Assembly: GCF_001306055.1 (NCBI RefSeq)
Contig: NZ_LGHJ01000010.1
Span: forward strand, 1 to 32,000
Source of the DNA: Bellilinea caldifistulae
GTDB lineage: Bacteria > Chloroflexota > Anaerolineae > Anaerolineales > Anaerolineaceae
Direction: 5' to 3'
Length of the DNA: 32,000 bases
The notes under the pieces are model-generated. The model was not told the DNA's origin and made no database searches. It was given only the letters and a program-made list of their open reading frames with translations. The first letter of the stretch is position 1. Every line of letters begins with the position of its first letter. Positions 1 through 9,584 of this stretch are shown here, one piece after another. A program made the translations under genes and the position numbers.

Positions 1-369
1 GAGACCTATGCGGCGGATAAAGGCTATGATGACGGCAACAATCACTTCTATTTAGAACTGCACGGCTTACACTCGGCAATTCGCTTGAAAAAGACGCGCA
101 CGCAGAAGAAAGACGCCAACAAAGACAGCTGGCTGGCCTTGGAGCAGACCCAACCGTACCGTCAAGGCTTGAAACAGCGCTACAAAATCGAACGCAAATT
201 TGGGGAAGCCAAACAGTGGCATGGGTTGGGACGCTGCCGGTATTTGGGAAAAATGGGCTTTGCGGTGCAAGCCTTTTTGACGGCGATAGCGCTCAACTTG
301 AAACGAATGGTCAAGCTCCTGTTTGGCGTCGGGTTCAAAACCCCGGCTGGGGCCGCCATCCAAGGGTGA
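1..369 (+). mobile_element. IS5/IS1182-like DDE transposase, C-terminal part only (5' end cut by window edge)
   Basis: Frame +1 is open from nt 1 (ETYAADKGYDDGNN...) to TGA 367-369. It contains DKGYD and YKIERKFGEAKQWHGLGRCRYLG...ALNLKRMV, typical of the second-D and E regions of IS4/IS5/IS1182 DDE transposases. The IS terminus cannot be placed without the other end. Confidence 0.7.
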
Positions 370-835
370 ACTCCCATGCGGAGGGTGAAGTGTCGCTGGT
401 GGTCAAAAATCCAGAAAAAATGGAAGTGAAGAGGTCAAATCAAGATACACAGCCCCTTTATTTTAGGGTGGATACCCCATCGGGTGCGGCTTTTCCACCC
501 CTCAAACAGCCTGCTCGGCGTATTACGCTTGATTTTTCAACTCTCTCAATCTAGAAAAAATCTTGCAGTCATTGCATAAAAAACATTCCGACTTCCAGGT
601 TATAGATCAAAAATCTTTGGAAGTCAGATTGCACCCCCCAATGGTCGAAGGTTGAGAGGAGACGTGTCGCAGCAAAACAATAGTTGTCGAGCGTGATTCC
701 GGAGGCGGGTCTGTTTTTGAATGCGCTGAGTGGGCATCAAGTCAGAGAAAGAGCGCATCTATCTTGTTTACAACGGCAAAGGCTGCCATTGATCATGTTT
801 ACTGAGCGGAAACCCTAAGCCTCGATAACCACCGT

Positions 836-2833
836 TCAATAATTTCCACTCAAGGTTTCCCTGACTTGTTCCTGATTCTCGAAATTGCAAATCACCAGGA
901 TACGATCCCCTTCTTTGAGGATGGTATCTCCTTTGGGGATCCAAAACTTTTTTCCTCTCCTGACGCGGACAATTAATGTGCCTTGGGGGAGGGGGATGTC
1001 CATGATTCGCTTTCCGATGTTCGGATTGCCAGGTTGAAGAGATAATTCAAAAACCTTTACGTTCTCTTCCGTCAACGCATCCAGTTGATTTTCCGTGATC
1101 TGGTCTTTGTACAAAGCCCGCCGGGTGAGAGCCGCATCATATGCCTGAAGAATGTCGGTTCGTCTCAATACCCCCAAAAGCCGGTTGGGATTATCTCGAT
1201 CTACCACCGGGAGTTGACCGATGTCCTGGAGGCTCATCCGTCGGAGGGCGTCACTGATTTTCTCATCGGGGTAGGCCGAGAGAATCTTCTTGGAGCAGGC
1301 TTCACCCAGGGTGGTTTCTTTCCACCGCTGTGGATCAATTTTTCGGATATCTTCACGGGTTACAATTCCCATCAGACGATTGCCTTCCTCCATAACCAAT
1401 GAAAAATTTGTGTTTTTCTGCAAAAGTAGGGGAACGGCTTCTTCAACCGTCTTTCGGGAATCAATCATGGGCGGGTTGGTTTGCATGACTTCCGCTACGC
1501 GGATGGACTCCAGCACGTCCAGGATTCGTCCGCGTTCCAGGCGGATGCCTTTGCGGGCCAGCTCGGCGTTGTAGACCGAATCCGGGTTCAAAGTGCGGGA
1601 AATCACCAGGCTCACGGCAACGGCGAACATTAACGGAAGAATGATGTGATAATCATTCGTCATTTCAAATAGCAAGAGAATAGCCGTCAAAGGTGCATGT
1701 ACTGACCCGGCCAGGACGGCCGCCATGCCAACCATGGCGTAGGTGGCTGGCACAACGTTGAGGCTCGGAAACAGGGATTGAACTACACTGCCCACACTCC
1801 CCCCCAACATTGCACCAATGAACAATGAGGGTGCAAAAACCCCGCCAGCAAATCCACCGCCGATGCTTAGCGGAGTTAAGATCAATTTAGCAGTCAGCAA
1901 AACCATGAGGAATGAGAAAGAGATCAGCTGATTATTCAGGACGCTTTCAATGGTTTCATAGCCGACCCCAAACACTTGGGGTAGAAACAGGCCTGTGATG
2001 CCCACCGCCAACCCGGCAAGAGATGGTTTAGCCCAGCGAGGGAGAGCAATCCTCCGGAAAATTTCCTTCATCGAGCCTAACAAACGCACATACAAGGCGG
2101 AGACTGGCCCAGCCAATATCCCTAACAGAAAGTAAAAAGGCAGTTCGGCGATTTTATGAAAACCGAATGGCGGGACACGAAAAGCCGGTTGATTTCCGGC
2201 TATGGATTGGGTCAATATGGAGGATGAAACCGCAGCAACTACAATGATCCCCAGCGAAGAATGCCCAATTTCCCCAATGATGATTTCAAGTGCAAAGAAG
2301 ATTCCCGCAATGGGGGCATTGAAAGCTGCTGCGATACCGGCAGCAGCCCCGGCTGCTACCAGAGTTCGGATGCGCTCCTCCGAAAGATTGAATTTTTGCC
2401 CTACCATTGAGCCGATATTGGCACCGAGTTGAACCGAGGGATCTTCCGGTCCGACGGATGCACCGCTGCCGATTGAGAGCGCAGCAGCCAACACCTTCAG
2501 GGGGATGCGTTTATACCGCAATCGTCCGCCCGCAAGGGCAACTGCTTCGATGATACCGGAGACACCTTGGTGCCGCTCCTCTCCAACCAGCCAGTGCATG
2601 ATTAAGCCGACTACTAAACCGCCAATCGCCGGCAGAATGACGACTGCAAACGGCAATAGGTTTTCGAGGCTCTGCCTCATTTCCACAAAGAACAGATGAT
2701 GAACTCCTTCGATCAGCGCTTTAAAGAGCCAGATACCACCACCAGCTGCAAGGCCGACACCAACCGCAGCGAGGGCAAACAAAATAGGTTCCTGGCGGAT
2801 CGGGAAGCGACTTTTAACGGGAAAATGTTTCAT
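836..2833 (-). CDS. ClC-family chloride channel / H+-Cl- exchanger with C-terminal CBS pair and TrkA_C (RCK_C)-like domain
   Basis: ClC signatures are present: GVSGIIE, GSGASVGPEDPSVQLGANIG (gating-Glu region) and GGVFAPSLFIGAMLG. The C-terminus has a CBS-type region and a TrkA_C-like end (LIVRVRRGKKFWIPKGDTILKEGDRILV). The track ORF begins at TTG 2834-2836; I prefer the ATG at 2831-2833. Confidence 0.85.
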   Translation of the reverse strand: MKHFPVKSRFPIRQEPILFALAAVGVGLAAGGGIWLFKALIEGVHHLFFVEMRQSLENLLPFAVVILPAIGGLVVGLIMHWLVGEERHQGVSGIIEAVALAGGRLRYKRIPLKVLAAALSIGSGASVGPEDPSVQLGANIGSMVGQKFNLSEERIRTLVAAGAAAGIAAAFNAPIAGIFFALEIIIGEIGHSSLGIIVVAAVSSSILTQSIAGNQPAFRVPPFGFHKIAELPFYFLLGILAGPVSALYVRLLGSMKEIFRRIALPRWAKPSLAGLAVGITGLFLPQVFGVGYETIESVLNNQLISFSFLMVLLTAKLILTPLSIGGGFAGGVFAPSLFIGAMLGGSVGSVVQSLFPSLNVVPATYAMVGMAAVLAGSVHAPLTAILLLFEMTNDYHIILPLMFAVAVSLVISRTLNPDSVYNAELARKGIRLERGRILDVLESIRVAEVMQTNPPMIDSRKTVEEAVPLLLQKNTNFSLVMEEGNRLMGIVTREDIRKIDPQRWKETTLGEACSKKILSAYPDEKISDALRRMSLQDIGQLPVVDRDNPNRLLGVLRRTDILQAYDAALTRRALYKDQITENQLDALTEENVKVFELSLQPGNPNIGKRIMDIPLPQGTLIVRVRRGKKFWIPKGDTILKEGDRILVICNFENQEQVRETLSGNY

Positions 2834-2836
2834 CAA

Positions 2837-4165
2837 TTAACCCGGGAAAAGTGTGGCAAACACCTCCGGGGCGTATTTTTCCACCATTTCGGAGGCAATT
2901 CCGTTGCGCTGGCAGATTTCGGCATACACATCCACGCTGGTGCGGCGGGTGCGTACCTGCGTCTGGGGGTCCAGTCCCCACAGGCCAAAGCGCTGCGTCC
3001 AGCCGCGTTCCCACTCGAAGTTATCCACCAGGGACCAGTGGAAATAGCCCTTGATCGGGTAATTGAAATTGACCGCCCGCCAGACCTGATGAATGTGCTG
3101 AATGGTGTAGCGCGGGCGCAGGTGATCGTCGGCATCCTCGACGCCGTTTTCGGTGACGAGGATGGGCAGTTTGAACCCGTTAGCCCATTGGAGCGCTTCG
3201 AACATCCCCTCGGGGATGTTGGCGATAAAGCCGGTATCGCTCAGGTCGGCGTTGTGGGGGTAAGAAAGTTTATGGAAGAGCGAATTGAAACCCAGCGGTT
3301 TGAAAGTGACCAGATCGCGCGAGTAGTAATTGATTCCCACATAATCCTGCGTTTTGGCGGCTTCGGGGATGGTTGTTTTTTGAAGGGCAAAGCGGAAGGT
3401 GCCATCGCTGATGGCGCGGATGAAGGAGAGATTGAAGTTGCGGTGTAAAAAGGCAGCCATCCAGCGGTCAAAGGGTGAGGCAGGACGTGCTGGAGCAAAA
3501 CTGCGGTAATTGAGGGCGATTCCGACGCGGGCTTGTTTTTGAATGCGGTGAATGGTGCGGTAAGCCAGGGCATGAGCGCGTACCATGTTGTTCAAAACGG
3601 CAAAGGCTGCCTTTAAGTCATTTTTACCGGGTGGAAAACCGCCGCCCAGATAACCGCCGTAAGCATAAACATTGGGTTCGTTGATGGTTACCCACAGCGT
3701 GACGTAGTCTTTGAGCGCCTCAACAACTTTGGCCACGTACTTCTCAAACAAGGCCGGCACATCCGGGTTTTCCCAACCGCCAATTTCTACCAGCCAGAGC
3801 GGATCGCTGAAATGATGGAGAGTGACCAGCGGAGTCATATTGCGTTGTTCCAGACCGCGAATCATCTCGCGGTAATAATTCAACGCTTCTTCGTCCCACA
3901 TGTCCGGTTTGGGCTGAATGCGGCTCCATTCGATGGAAAGGCGGTGGGCGTTCTGCCCGGTATTTGCTGCCCGGTCAAAGTCTTCCTTCCATCGCCCACC
4001 CCACCAGTCACAGGCCAGGCCGGCTTTATGCCCGAATTTGATGCGCCCTTCTTCAGCCTCCCAGGCTGCCCAGTTGTTGTTGGTGTTTTGGCCTTCTACC
4101 TGATGAGAAGAAGTGGCAGTTCCCCACAAAAATCCGTTGGGAAAGTGATAGGTGGCTTGCGGCAT
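2837..4165 (-). CDS. Glycoside hydrolase family 1 beta-glucosidase
   Basis: 442 aa. N-terminal FPNGFLWGTATSSHQVEG, acid/base motif TINEPNV and nucleophile motif LVTENGV. SD GGAGGGA lies about 8 nt upstream of the ATG at 4163-4165. Confidence 0.9.
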   Translation of the reverse strand: MPQATYHFPNGFLWGTATSSHQVEGQNTNNNWAAWEAEEGRIKFGHKAGLACDWWGGRWKEDFDRAANTGQNAHRLSIEWSRIQPKPDMWDEEALNYYREMIRGLEQRNMTPLVTLHHFSDPLWLVEIGGWENPDVPALFEKYVAKVVEALKDYVTLWVTINEPNVYAYGGYLGGGFPPGKNDLKAAFAVLNNMVRAHALAYRTIHRIQKQARVGIALNYRSFAPARPASPFDRWMAAFLHRNFNLSFIRAISDGTFRFALQKTTIPEAAKTQDYVGINYYSRDLVTFKPLGFNSLFHKLSYPHNADLSDTGFIANIPEGMFEALQWANGFKLPILVTENGVEDADDHLRPRYTIQHIHQVWRAVNFNYPIKGYFHWSLVDNFEWERGWTQRFGLWGLDPQTQVRTRRTSVDVYAEICQRNGIASEMVEKYAPEVFATLFPG

Positions 4166-4232
4166 GATGGATTTCCCTCCACGAATTCACGGATACGGCT
4201 GCTCCCAATTATACTCGGTTATAATCTGAGTG

Positions 4233-4757
4233 ATGGAAGAACCCCTTGAAAGCCAGATTGGTAAGCTGTTGTTGGCACGCCGCCTGAAACTGGTGGTGGC
4301 TGAATCGTGCACCGGCGGGTTGCTGGGTCACCTCATCACCAACGTACCCGGCTGTTCGGAGTATTTTTTAGGCGGCATTACCGCCTACTCGTATGAAGCC
4401 AAGCAGTTGCTGCTGGGGGTGCAGCCGGAAACACTGACGCGGTACGGCGCGGTCAGCCGCAATACGGTGCTGGAAATGGCGCAAGGTGTGCGGCGGGCTT
4501 TTGCCGCTCAGGTGGCGGAAGAAAGTTTGGTGGGAGTTGCCATCAGCGGGATTGCCGGGCCGGGGGGCGCTCAGCCGGGTAAACCTGTCGGCCTGGTGTG
4601 GATTGGGCTGAGCGCTGCCGAGGGCGGTTGGGCAGCCGATTTTTATGGGCGGGGCAGCCGGGAGGAAAATAAAGCCTTTTCAGCCCGTTGTGCCATGCAA
4701 GCCTTAAAGGCTTATCTTGAAGGGACTCTGTTTGTGGAAAAGCAAGGTGAAAAATGA
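4233..4757 (+). CDS. CinA C-terminal domain / PncC-like nicotinamide-nucleotide amidohydrolase
   Basis: LVVAESCTGGLLGHLITNVPG and GIAGPGG motifs of the CinA-C family. The start could be GTG 4230 or ATG 4233. There is no SD, and a TATAAT lies 7 nt upstream. Confidence 0.75.
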   Translation: MEEPLESQIGKLLLARRLKLVVAESCTGGLLGHLITNVPGCSEYFLGGITAYSYEAKQLLLGVQPETLTRYGAVSRNTVLEMAQGVRRAFAAQVAEESLVGVAISGIAGPGGAQPGKPVGLVWIGLSAAEGGWAADFYGRGSREENKAFSARCAMQALKAYLEGTLFVEKQGEK

Positions 4758-5992
4758 GTGAGGGAAGCCAGAAAAAAGTTTTGATTTTAACCGCTGACGC
4801 CGGGTTTGGGCATCGCAGTGCGGCCAATGCCGTGGCAGCCGCTTTGCAGCGTCAGTACGGTGACCGGGTGCAGGTGGAGATTATTAATCCGCTGGATGAC
4901 AGGAAGACTCCCATCTTACTGCGCGAAAGCCAATCGGATTACGATCTGCTGGTGCGCAAAGCGCCTGAATTGTACAAGTTGGGCTATGATGCTTCCGACA
5001 CCACCATTACCAGCCTGCTGCTGGAAAGTGCGCTGACCGTCATGCTCTTTGAAGTCCTGCGGGAATTGCTCCGCAAACACAAACCGGATGTGATTGTGAC
5101 CACTTATCCGCTCTATCAGGCGCCGCTTTCGGCCGTATTTACAATTTTCCGCACCTCCGTGCCGCTGATTACTGTGATTACGGATCTGGTTTCGGTGCAC
5201 CGGCTCTGGTTTCACGCAAATGTGGATATGCTGCTGGTACCGACCCAGGAAGTGCGCGAACTGGCGATTGAAGCTGGCGTGGCGCCGGAGAAGATTCACA
5301 TTACCGGCATACCCGTGCATCCGCAAATTGCGGAAGAAAAACGCTCACCGCTGGAATTGAGAACTCAACTAGGGTGGCAGCCGGATCTTTTCACCATTCT
5401 GGCGGTGGGCAGCCGGCGGGTGAGCGGATTAATGGATGCCCTGCATGTGATTAACCACTTTGGTGCACCGCTCCAACTGGTGGTGGTGTGCGGTAAAGAC
5501 CACGATACTTTCCGCGAACTTCACGAGGTGATCTGGCATGTGCCAGTGCATTTGTACGAATATACCAGTGAGATGCCTTCGTTCATGCGCGCCTCAGACC
5601 TGATCGTTTGCAAGGCGGGCGGGCTGATTGTGACCGAATCCCTGGCGTGCGGTCTGCCGATGATTCTGGTGGACGTACTGCCCGGGCAGGAAACCGGCAA
5701 TATGGAGTATGTGGTCAATAACGGCGCTGGCGAGCGGGTAGAAACGCCCATTGAAATGTTAGAAGCCCTTTCTCACCTGTGGATCAACCAGCAGGCACTG
5801 CTGAAAAAGCGGGCTGCTCAGGCGCGCCGGCTTGGCAAGCCGAGAGCCGCTTATGAAGCGGCTGAGTGGATCTGGCAGGCGGCCCAAACCGGCATTCGCC
5901 GGCTGGAAACCCCCCGCCGAAAATCGCTGTTGGATTTGTTGACCAGTAATCAGATTTTCCCAAGAGAAGACGAACCCCTCACCGAGGATTGA
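4754..5992 (+). CDS. MGDG-synthase-like glycosyltransferase (GT28; diacylglycerol glycosyltransferase family)
   Basis: N-terminal KVLILTADAGFGHRSAANAV and C-terminal GT-B region CKAGGLIVTESLACGLPMILVDVLPGQETGN. The ATG overlaps the upstream stop (ATGA). Confidence 0.75.
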   Translation: MSEGSQKKVLILTADAGFGHRSAANAVAAALQRQYGDRVQVEIINPLDDRKTPILLRESQSDYDLLVRKAPELYKLGYDASDTTITSLLLESALTVMLFEVLRELLRKHKPDVIVTTYPLYQAPLSAVFTIFRTSVPLITVITDLVSVHRLWFHANVDMLLVPTQEVRELAIEAGVAPEKIHITGIPVHPQIAEEKRSPLELRTQLGWQPDLFTILAVGSRRVSGLMDALHVINHFGAPLQLVVVCGKDHDTFRELHEVIWHVPVHLYEYTSEMPSFMRASDLIVCKAGGLIVTESLACGLPMILVDVLPGQETGNMEYVVNNGAGERVETPIEMLEALSHLWINQQALLKKRAAQARRLGKPRAAYEAAEWIWQAAQTGIRRLETPRRKSLLDLLTSNQIFPREDEPLTED

Positions 5993-5994
5993 GC

Positions 5995-6690
5995 ATGGAT
6001 TCAGATGTTTGGGGAGTGGTCATCCTGTCTGCAAATGAAGAATGGAAAGCGCTCAGCCTTCATTTTGAAGGGATTGCCCGGCATAATTCCCCCTTTGGGG
6101 AGTATCTTTTCTGCCAGATACAAAATAAACCGCTGGTGATTCTCCACGGCGGGTGGGGTAAAACGGCAGGGGCAGCTTCGGCGCAGTACGCCATTCAACG
6201 CTGGCAGCCGAAAGTGGTCATTAACTTAGGTACTTGTGGCGGATTTCAAGGCAGAGTAAGGCGCGGTGAGATCATTCTGGTTGAAGAAACGTGGATGTAC
6301 GACATCGAAGAGCGGATGGCGGATAGCTGGGAGGCGCTGGAAGCCTACCACGTTCGCCTGAATCTTGACTGGCTGGTTCAACCCTATCCCCAACCCGTAC
6401 GCCGGGCGGCTTTGCTCTCGGCAGACCGTGATCTTAATCCGGCAGAGATACCGCTATTGACGGAAAAATTTAATGGGATTGCCGGGGATTGGGAAAGCGG
6501 GGCGATTGCCTGGGTGGCTCAGCGTAACCACACGCCCTGTCTGATTTTACGCGGCGTCACCGATTTGGTGGATGACTGCGATGGAGAAGCGTACGGACGC
6601 TGGGATGTCTTCGCTCAGGCAACCCGCAACGTAATGAACAACCTGTGGCAGCATTTACCGGCATGGCTGTTGTGCTGTCAATTGTCATGA
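5995..6690 (+). CDS. PNP_UDP_1 family nucleosidase (MTA/SAH nucleosidase or futalosine hydrolase type)
   Basis: HGGWGKTAGAASAQ, NLGTCGG and GIAGDWESGAIAWVA resemble MtnN-type nucleosidase motifs. The track ORF starts at TTG 5989; ATG 5995 is preferred. Substrate cannot be assigned from sequence alone. Confidence 0.6.
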   Translation: MDSDVWGVVILSANEEWKALSLHFEGIARHNSPFGEYLFCQIQNKPLVILHGGWGKTAGAASAQYAIQRWQPKVVINLGTCGGFQGRVRRGEIILVEETWMYDIEERMADSWEALEAYHVRLNLDWLVQPYPQPVRRAALLSADRDLNPAEIPLLTEKFNGIAGDWESGAIAWVAQRNHTPCLILRGVTDLVDDCDGEAYGRWDVFAQATRNVMNNLWQHLPAWLLCCQLS

Positions 6691-6748
6691 ATCAACCAGA
6701 AAAAAGTCAAGTTTGTGCTGGCGCAAACTGAAATCCGACAAAACCGGT

Positions 6749-6754
6749 TATAAT
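6749..6754 (+). promoter_or_regulatory. Candidate -10 box (TATAAT) for the ccm cluster
   Basis: A perfect TATAAT lies about 150 nt upstream of ccmE in the AT-richer spacer. No convincing -35 is found at 16-18 nt. Confidence 0.3.
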
Positions 6755-6903
6755 ACCCTACAATCAGATTGTGCCAATTTTCACCTGAGGTTTTACATTC
6801 TCATCCCTGTTTTCGGTATTTCTCATTTTCGATTAATGTTTTCATGGAAAATTGAAAACGGAGCATGTTTCATCCATTGTGAGTGATCTTTACAGGAGGT
6901 AAG

Positions 6904-7422
6904 ATGAACGATTCTCAATCCACTGCACGCACGTCCTCAGGAAGCCGAGTCAAATTTTTAATCGGTGGGCTGCTGATCGTTGCGGCAGTAGTTTATTTAA
7001 TTGCCTCATCCATGCAGGCCAGTGCTCAGTACTTTATGACGGTGGCAGAATTGGAAGAAAAAGTGGCTGAAATTGGCGACCGCGAATTGCGCATTTCGGG
7101 AGCCGTCATCGGTGATTCAATTCAATATGATCCCAGTACCCTGCGGCTGGAATTTGTGATTGCTCATATTCCCGGTGACCAGAAAGAGATTACGGCCCAG
7201 GGTGGCCTGGCGGCCGTGCTTCATACGGCGGTCAACGACCCTTCCCAACCGCGCTTGAAGGTGGTTTACACCGGCGTAATGCCCGACCTGATGCGCAATG
7301 AAGCCCAGGCAATTGTGACGGGCAGAATGGGGCAGGATGGTGTTTTTTATGCCGAGGAATTATTGCTCAAATGTCCCACCCGTTATGAGGAAGCCGTTCC
7401 CGATCAGGCGATGGATGGCTGA
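6904..7422 (+). CDS. ccmE: Cytochrome c-type biogenesis heme chaperone CcmE, CxxxY variant
   Basis: N-terminal membrane anchor (FLIGGLLIVAAVVYLIASS) and OB-fold region (LRISGAV..., VVYTGVMPDLMRNEAQAIVTG). The C-terminal ELLLKCPTRYEE aligns to the canonical EVLAKHDENY. SD AGGAGG precedes ATG 6904; the track start GTG 6883 is less likely. Confidence 0.85.
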   Translation: MNDSQSTARTSSGSRVKFLIGGLLIVAAVVYLIASSMQASAQYFMTVAELEEKVAEIGDRELRISGAVIGDSIQYDPSTLRLEFVIAHIPGDQKEITAQGGLAAVLHTAVNDPSQPRLKVVYTGVMPDLMRNEAQAIVTGRMGQDGVFYAEELLLKCPTRYEEAVPDQAMDG

Positions 7423-7517
7423 GTCGGAAGCGGCTCGAAGGAATTATGATTTTTCTGCCGGGTTAGCTTCTCCCCGGCTCTTTGCTGTTTACGCTTAGGA
7501 CATTACGAGGAGAGAAT

Positions 7518-9584
7518 ATGCTCGCAAATATCGGTTTTGGTGTACTGGTTGTGAGTTTCATCACCTCACTTTACGGGATCATCGCCTCGATCATCGGTGT
7601 GCGTAAAAATTCACTGGCGTGGGTGGAAAGTGCCCGTAAAGCCATGCAGATCACTTTTCCCTTAATCACAATTGTGGCGCTGGCAATCATTCTGCTGCTG
7701 GTAACCGGGCAGTATCAGGTGCAGTATGTGTATAACGTCACCAGCAGTACCATGCCGCTCTACCTCAAGATCACAGCCCTGTGGGGCGGCCAGTCCGGCT
7801 CGCTGGTGTTTTGGGCGTGGCTGATGTCGGCGTTTACAACCGCGGTGACCCTGCGCAAGTGGGAACGTGACCGCGAATTTCTGCCATGGGTGATTCTGGT
7901 TGGACTGGTCACACTCACCTTTTTCCTGTCTTTGATCCTTTTCTTTGAAAATCCCTTTGTGCGCTTTTGGGTGACCGCAGCGGGAAATCAGGTCATTTCG
8001 ATGTTCCCACCGGCTGGCGCAGCCCCGCTGATTCCGGCTGATGGGCGCGGGTTAAATCCCCTGCTGCGCCATCCCGGCATGATCATCCACCCGCCGATGC
8101 TTTACCTTGGATTTGTTTCATTTGTAATCCCCTACGCCTTTGCGGTAGCGGCACTGGTCACCGGTCGGACGGATGACCGCTGGATCCGCATCACCCGCCG
8201 ATGGACGCTGGTGGCCTGGCTCTTCCTTTCACTCGGGCTGGTGCTGGGCAGCCGCTGGGCGTATGATGTGCTGGGTTGGGGTGGCTACTGGGCCTGGGAT
8301 CCGGTTGAAAATGCAGCCTTTATGCCCTGGCTGACCGGGACGGCCTTCCTGCATTCGGTGATGATTCAGGAAAAACGCGGTTTGTTCAAACGCTGGAACA
8401 TGATCCTGATCATTCTGACGTATGCGCTGGTCATTTTTGGCACTTTCCTGACGCGATCGGGGGTGCTTTCCAGTGTTCATTCTTTTGCCCAAAGCGCCAT
8501 TGGTCCAATGTTCTTCGGTTTCATCGCGCTTTCGATGATTTTCTCGGTCTGGCTTCTGATCTGGCGCTGGCAGATTTTACACGCCGAAGGCAATATGCAC
8601 TCGTTGCTTTCCCGTGAAGCGTTGTTCCTGTTGAACAATCTCCTGTTTATGGGCATTCTTGTGGTGGTTTTTTGGGGAACGGTCTTTCCGCTGATTTCCG
8701 AATTGTTCACCGGGCAAAAAGTGACGGTTGGACCGGCCTTCTACGAACGCTCGACTGGCCCCTTGTTTGCCGCGCTTTTGCTGTTGATGGGGATTGCCCC
8801 GCTTTCGGCGTGGGGACACTCGACCGTAAAAACGCTGGGTAAAGCGCTCTGGAAACCGGCACTTGCGGCTCTGGCAGTTGTGATTGCTGCCTTCGCCGGT
8901 GGAATCCGTAATGGCTGGGCGCTGTTTGGTTTTCTGCTGGTTTCGCTGGTAATCTTTATCACGCTGTTCGAGTACTTCCGCGGTGTAACCGCCCGTCGCC
9001 GGCGGACGGGCGAAGGCTGGCTGGCTGCCCTTTTCAACCTGATGGCGCGCAACCGGAGGCGTTATGGCGGGTACATCATTCATCTTGGTGTGGTTTTAAT
9101 GGCGCTTGGGATAATCGGCATTGAAATGTTCCAGACCGAAACTCAGGGGACCATTCCGCCGGGTGGGTCTCTGCGTTTGGGGCGTTATGAGGTCACTTTC
9201 ACCCGCCTGGACATTTTCGATGCCAACGATGGGCGCAATGTAGCCCGTGCAACCGTGCTGGTCAGCAAGGACGGGCGGATGGTGGGTGAGCTGCATCCCC
9301 GCCGCGACCTGTACTTTGACTCGATGCAGCCGATGACCATTCCTGGCGTCAGAAGCACGATTGAGGACGACCTGTATGTGCTGCTGGTGGACTGGCAGCC
9401 AATCTCCTCCACAGGGGTAACCTTTAAGGTTTTCCACAATCCTCTGATCAACTGGTTGTGGATAGGCGGCTTCGTGTTTATCCTCGGCATGCTGGTGGCT
9501 GCCTGGCCGGATAAGGATCCACAGCCGGTACCGGTTGCGGTGCGGCGTGGTCAGGCCATACCCAGCCGTTCGAGCGGAGATTGA
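7518..9584 (+). CDS. ccmF: Cytochrome c-type biogenesis protein CcmF (heme lyase component)
   Basis: Large polytopic protein with the WWD motif WGGYWAWDPVENAAFMPWL and CcmF-like overall length and topology. SD GAGGAG precedes ATG 7518. Confidence 0.9.
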   Translation: MLANIGFGVLVVSFITSLYGIIASIIGVRKNSLAWVESARKAMQITFPLITIVALAIILLLVTGQYQVQYVYNVTSSTMPLYLKITALWGGQSGSLVFWAWLMSAFTTAVTLRKWERDREFLPWVILVGLVTLTFFLSLILFFENPFVRFWVTAAGNQVISMFPPAGAAPLIPADGRGLNPLLRHPGMIIHPPMLYLGFVSFVIPYAFAVAALVTGRTDDRWIRITRRWTLVAWLFLSLGLVLGSRWAYDVLGWGGYWAWDPVENAAFMPWLTGTAFLHSVMIQEKRGLFKRWNMILIILTYALVIFGTFLTRSGVLSSVHSFAQSAIGPMFFGFIALSMIFSVWLLIWRWQILHAEGNMHSLLSREALFLLNNLLFMGILVVVFWGTVFPLISELFTGQKVTVGPAFYERSTGPLFAALLLLMGIAPLSAWGHSTVKTLGKALWKPALAALAVVIAAFAGGIRNGWALFGFLLVSLVIFITLFEYFRGVTARRRRTGEGWLAALFNLMARNRRRYGGYIIHLGVVLMALGIIGIEMFQTETQGTIPPGGSLRLGRYEVTFTRLDIFDANDGRNVARATVLVSKDGRMVGELHPRRDLYFDSMQPMTIPGVRSTIEDDLYVLLVDWQPISSTGVTFKVFHNPLINWLWIGGFVFILGMLVAAWPDKDPQPVPVAVRRGQAIPSRSSGD

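Noticed and set aside
216-554. 112-aa plus-strand ORF (plus minus-strand ORFs 67-363 and 180-377)
   Set aside because: They overlap the transposase reading frame in alternative frames, while the transposase frame carries the recognisable DDE-family motifs.
2696-3448. 250-aa plus-strand ORF
   Set aside because: It is entirely antisense to the GH1 gene, whose frame carries unambiguous family motifs. The translation has no recognisable domain and is typical of a shadow ORF in GC-rich coding DNA.
4166-4229. Looked for a fluoride (crcB) riboswitch or another leader element associated with the ClC gene
   Set aside because: The ClC gene has no leader of its own because it abuts GH1. It is a long CBS-containing ClC, not the short ClC-F type. 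Nothing resembling the crcB motif is visible in the 64-nt GH1 upstream region.
6710-6729. Hairpin AGTTTGTG-CTGG-CGCAAACT, 20 nt after the nucleosidase stop
   Set aside because: On the plus strand it lacks a U tract. On the minus strand a T tract follows, but the stem acquires an A-C mismatch and there is no minus-strand gene to terminate. It is too ambiguous to call a terminator.
6836-6886. 16-codon uORF (MFSWKIENGACFIHCE) just upstream of ccmE
   Set aside because: It has no SD, conservation cannot be assessed, and short ORFs of this size are expected by chance in a 210-nt AT-richer spacer.
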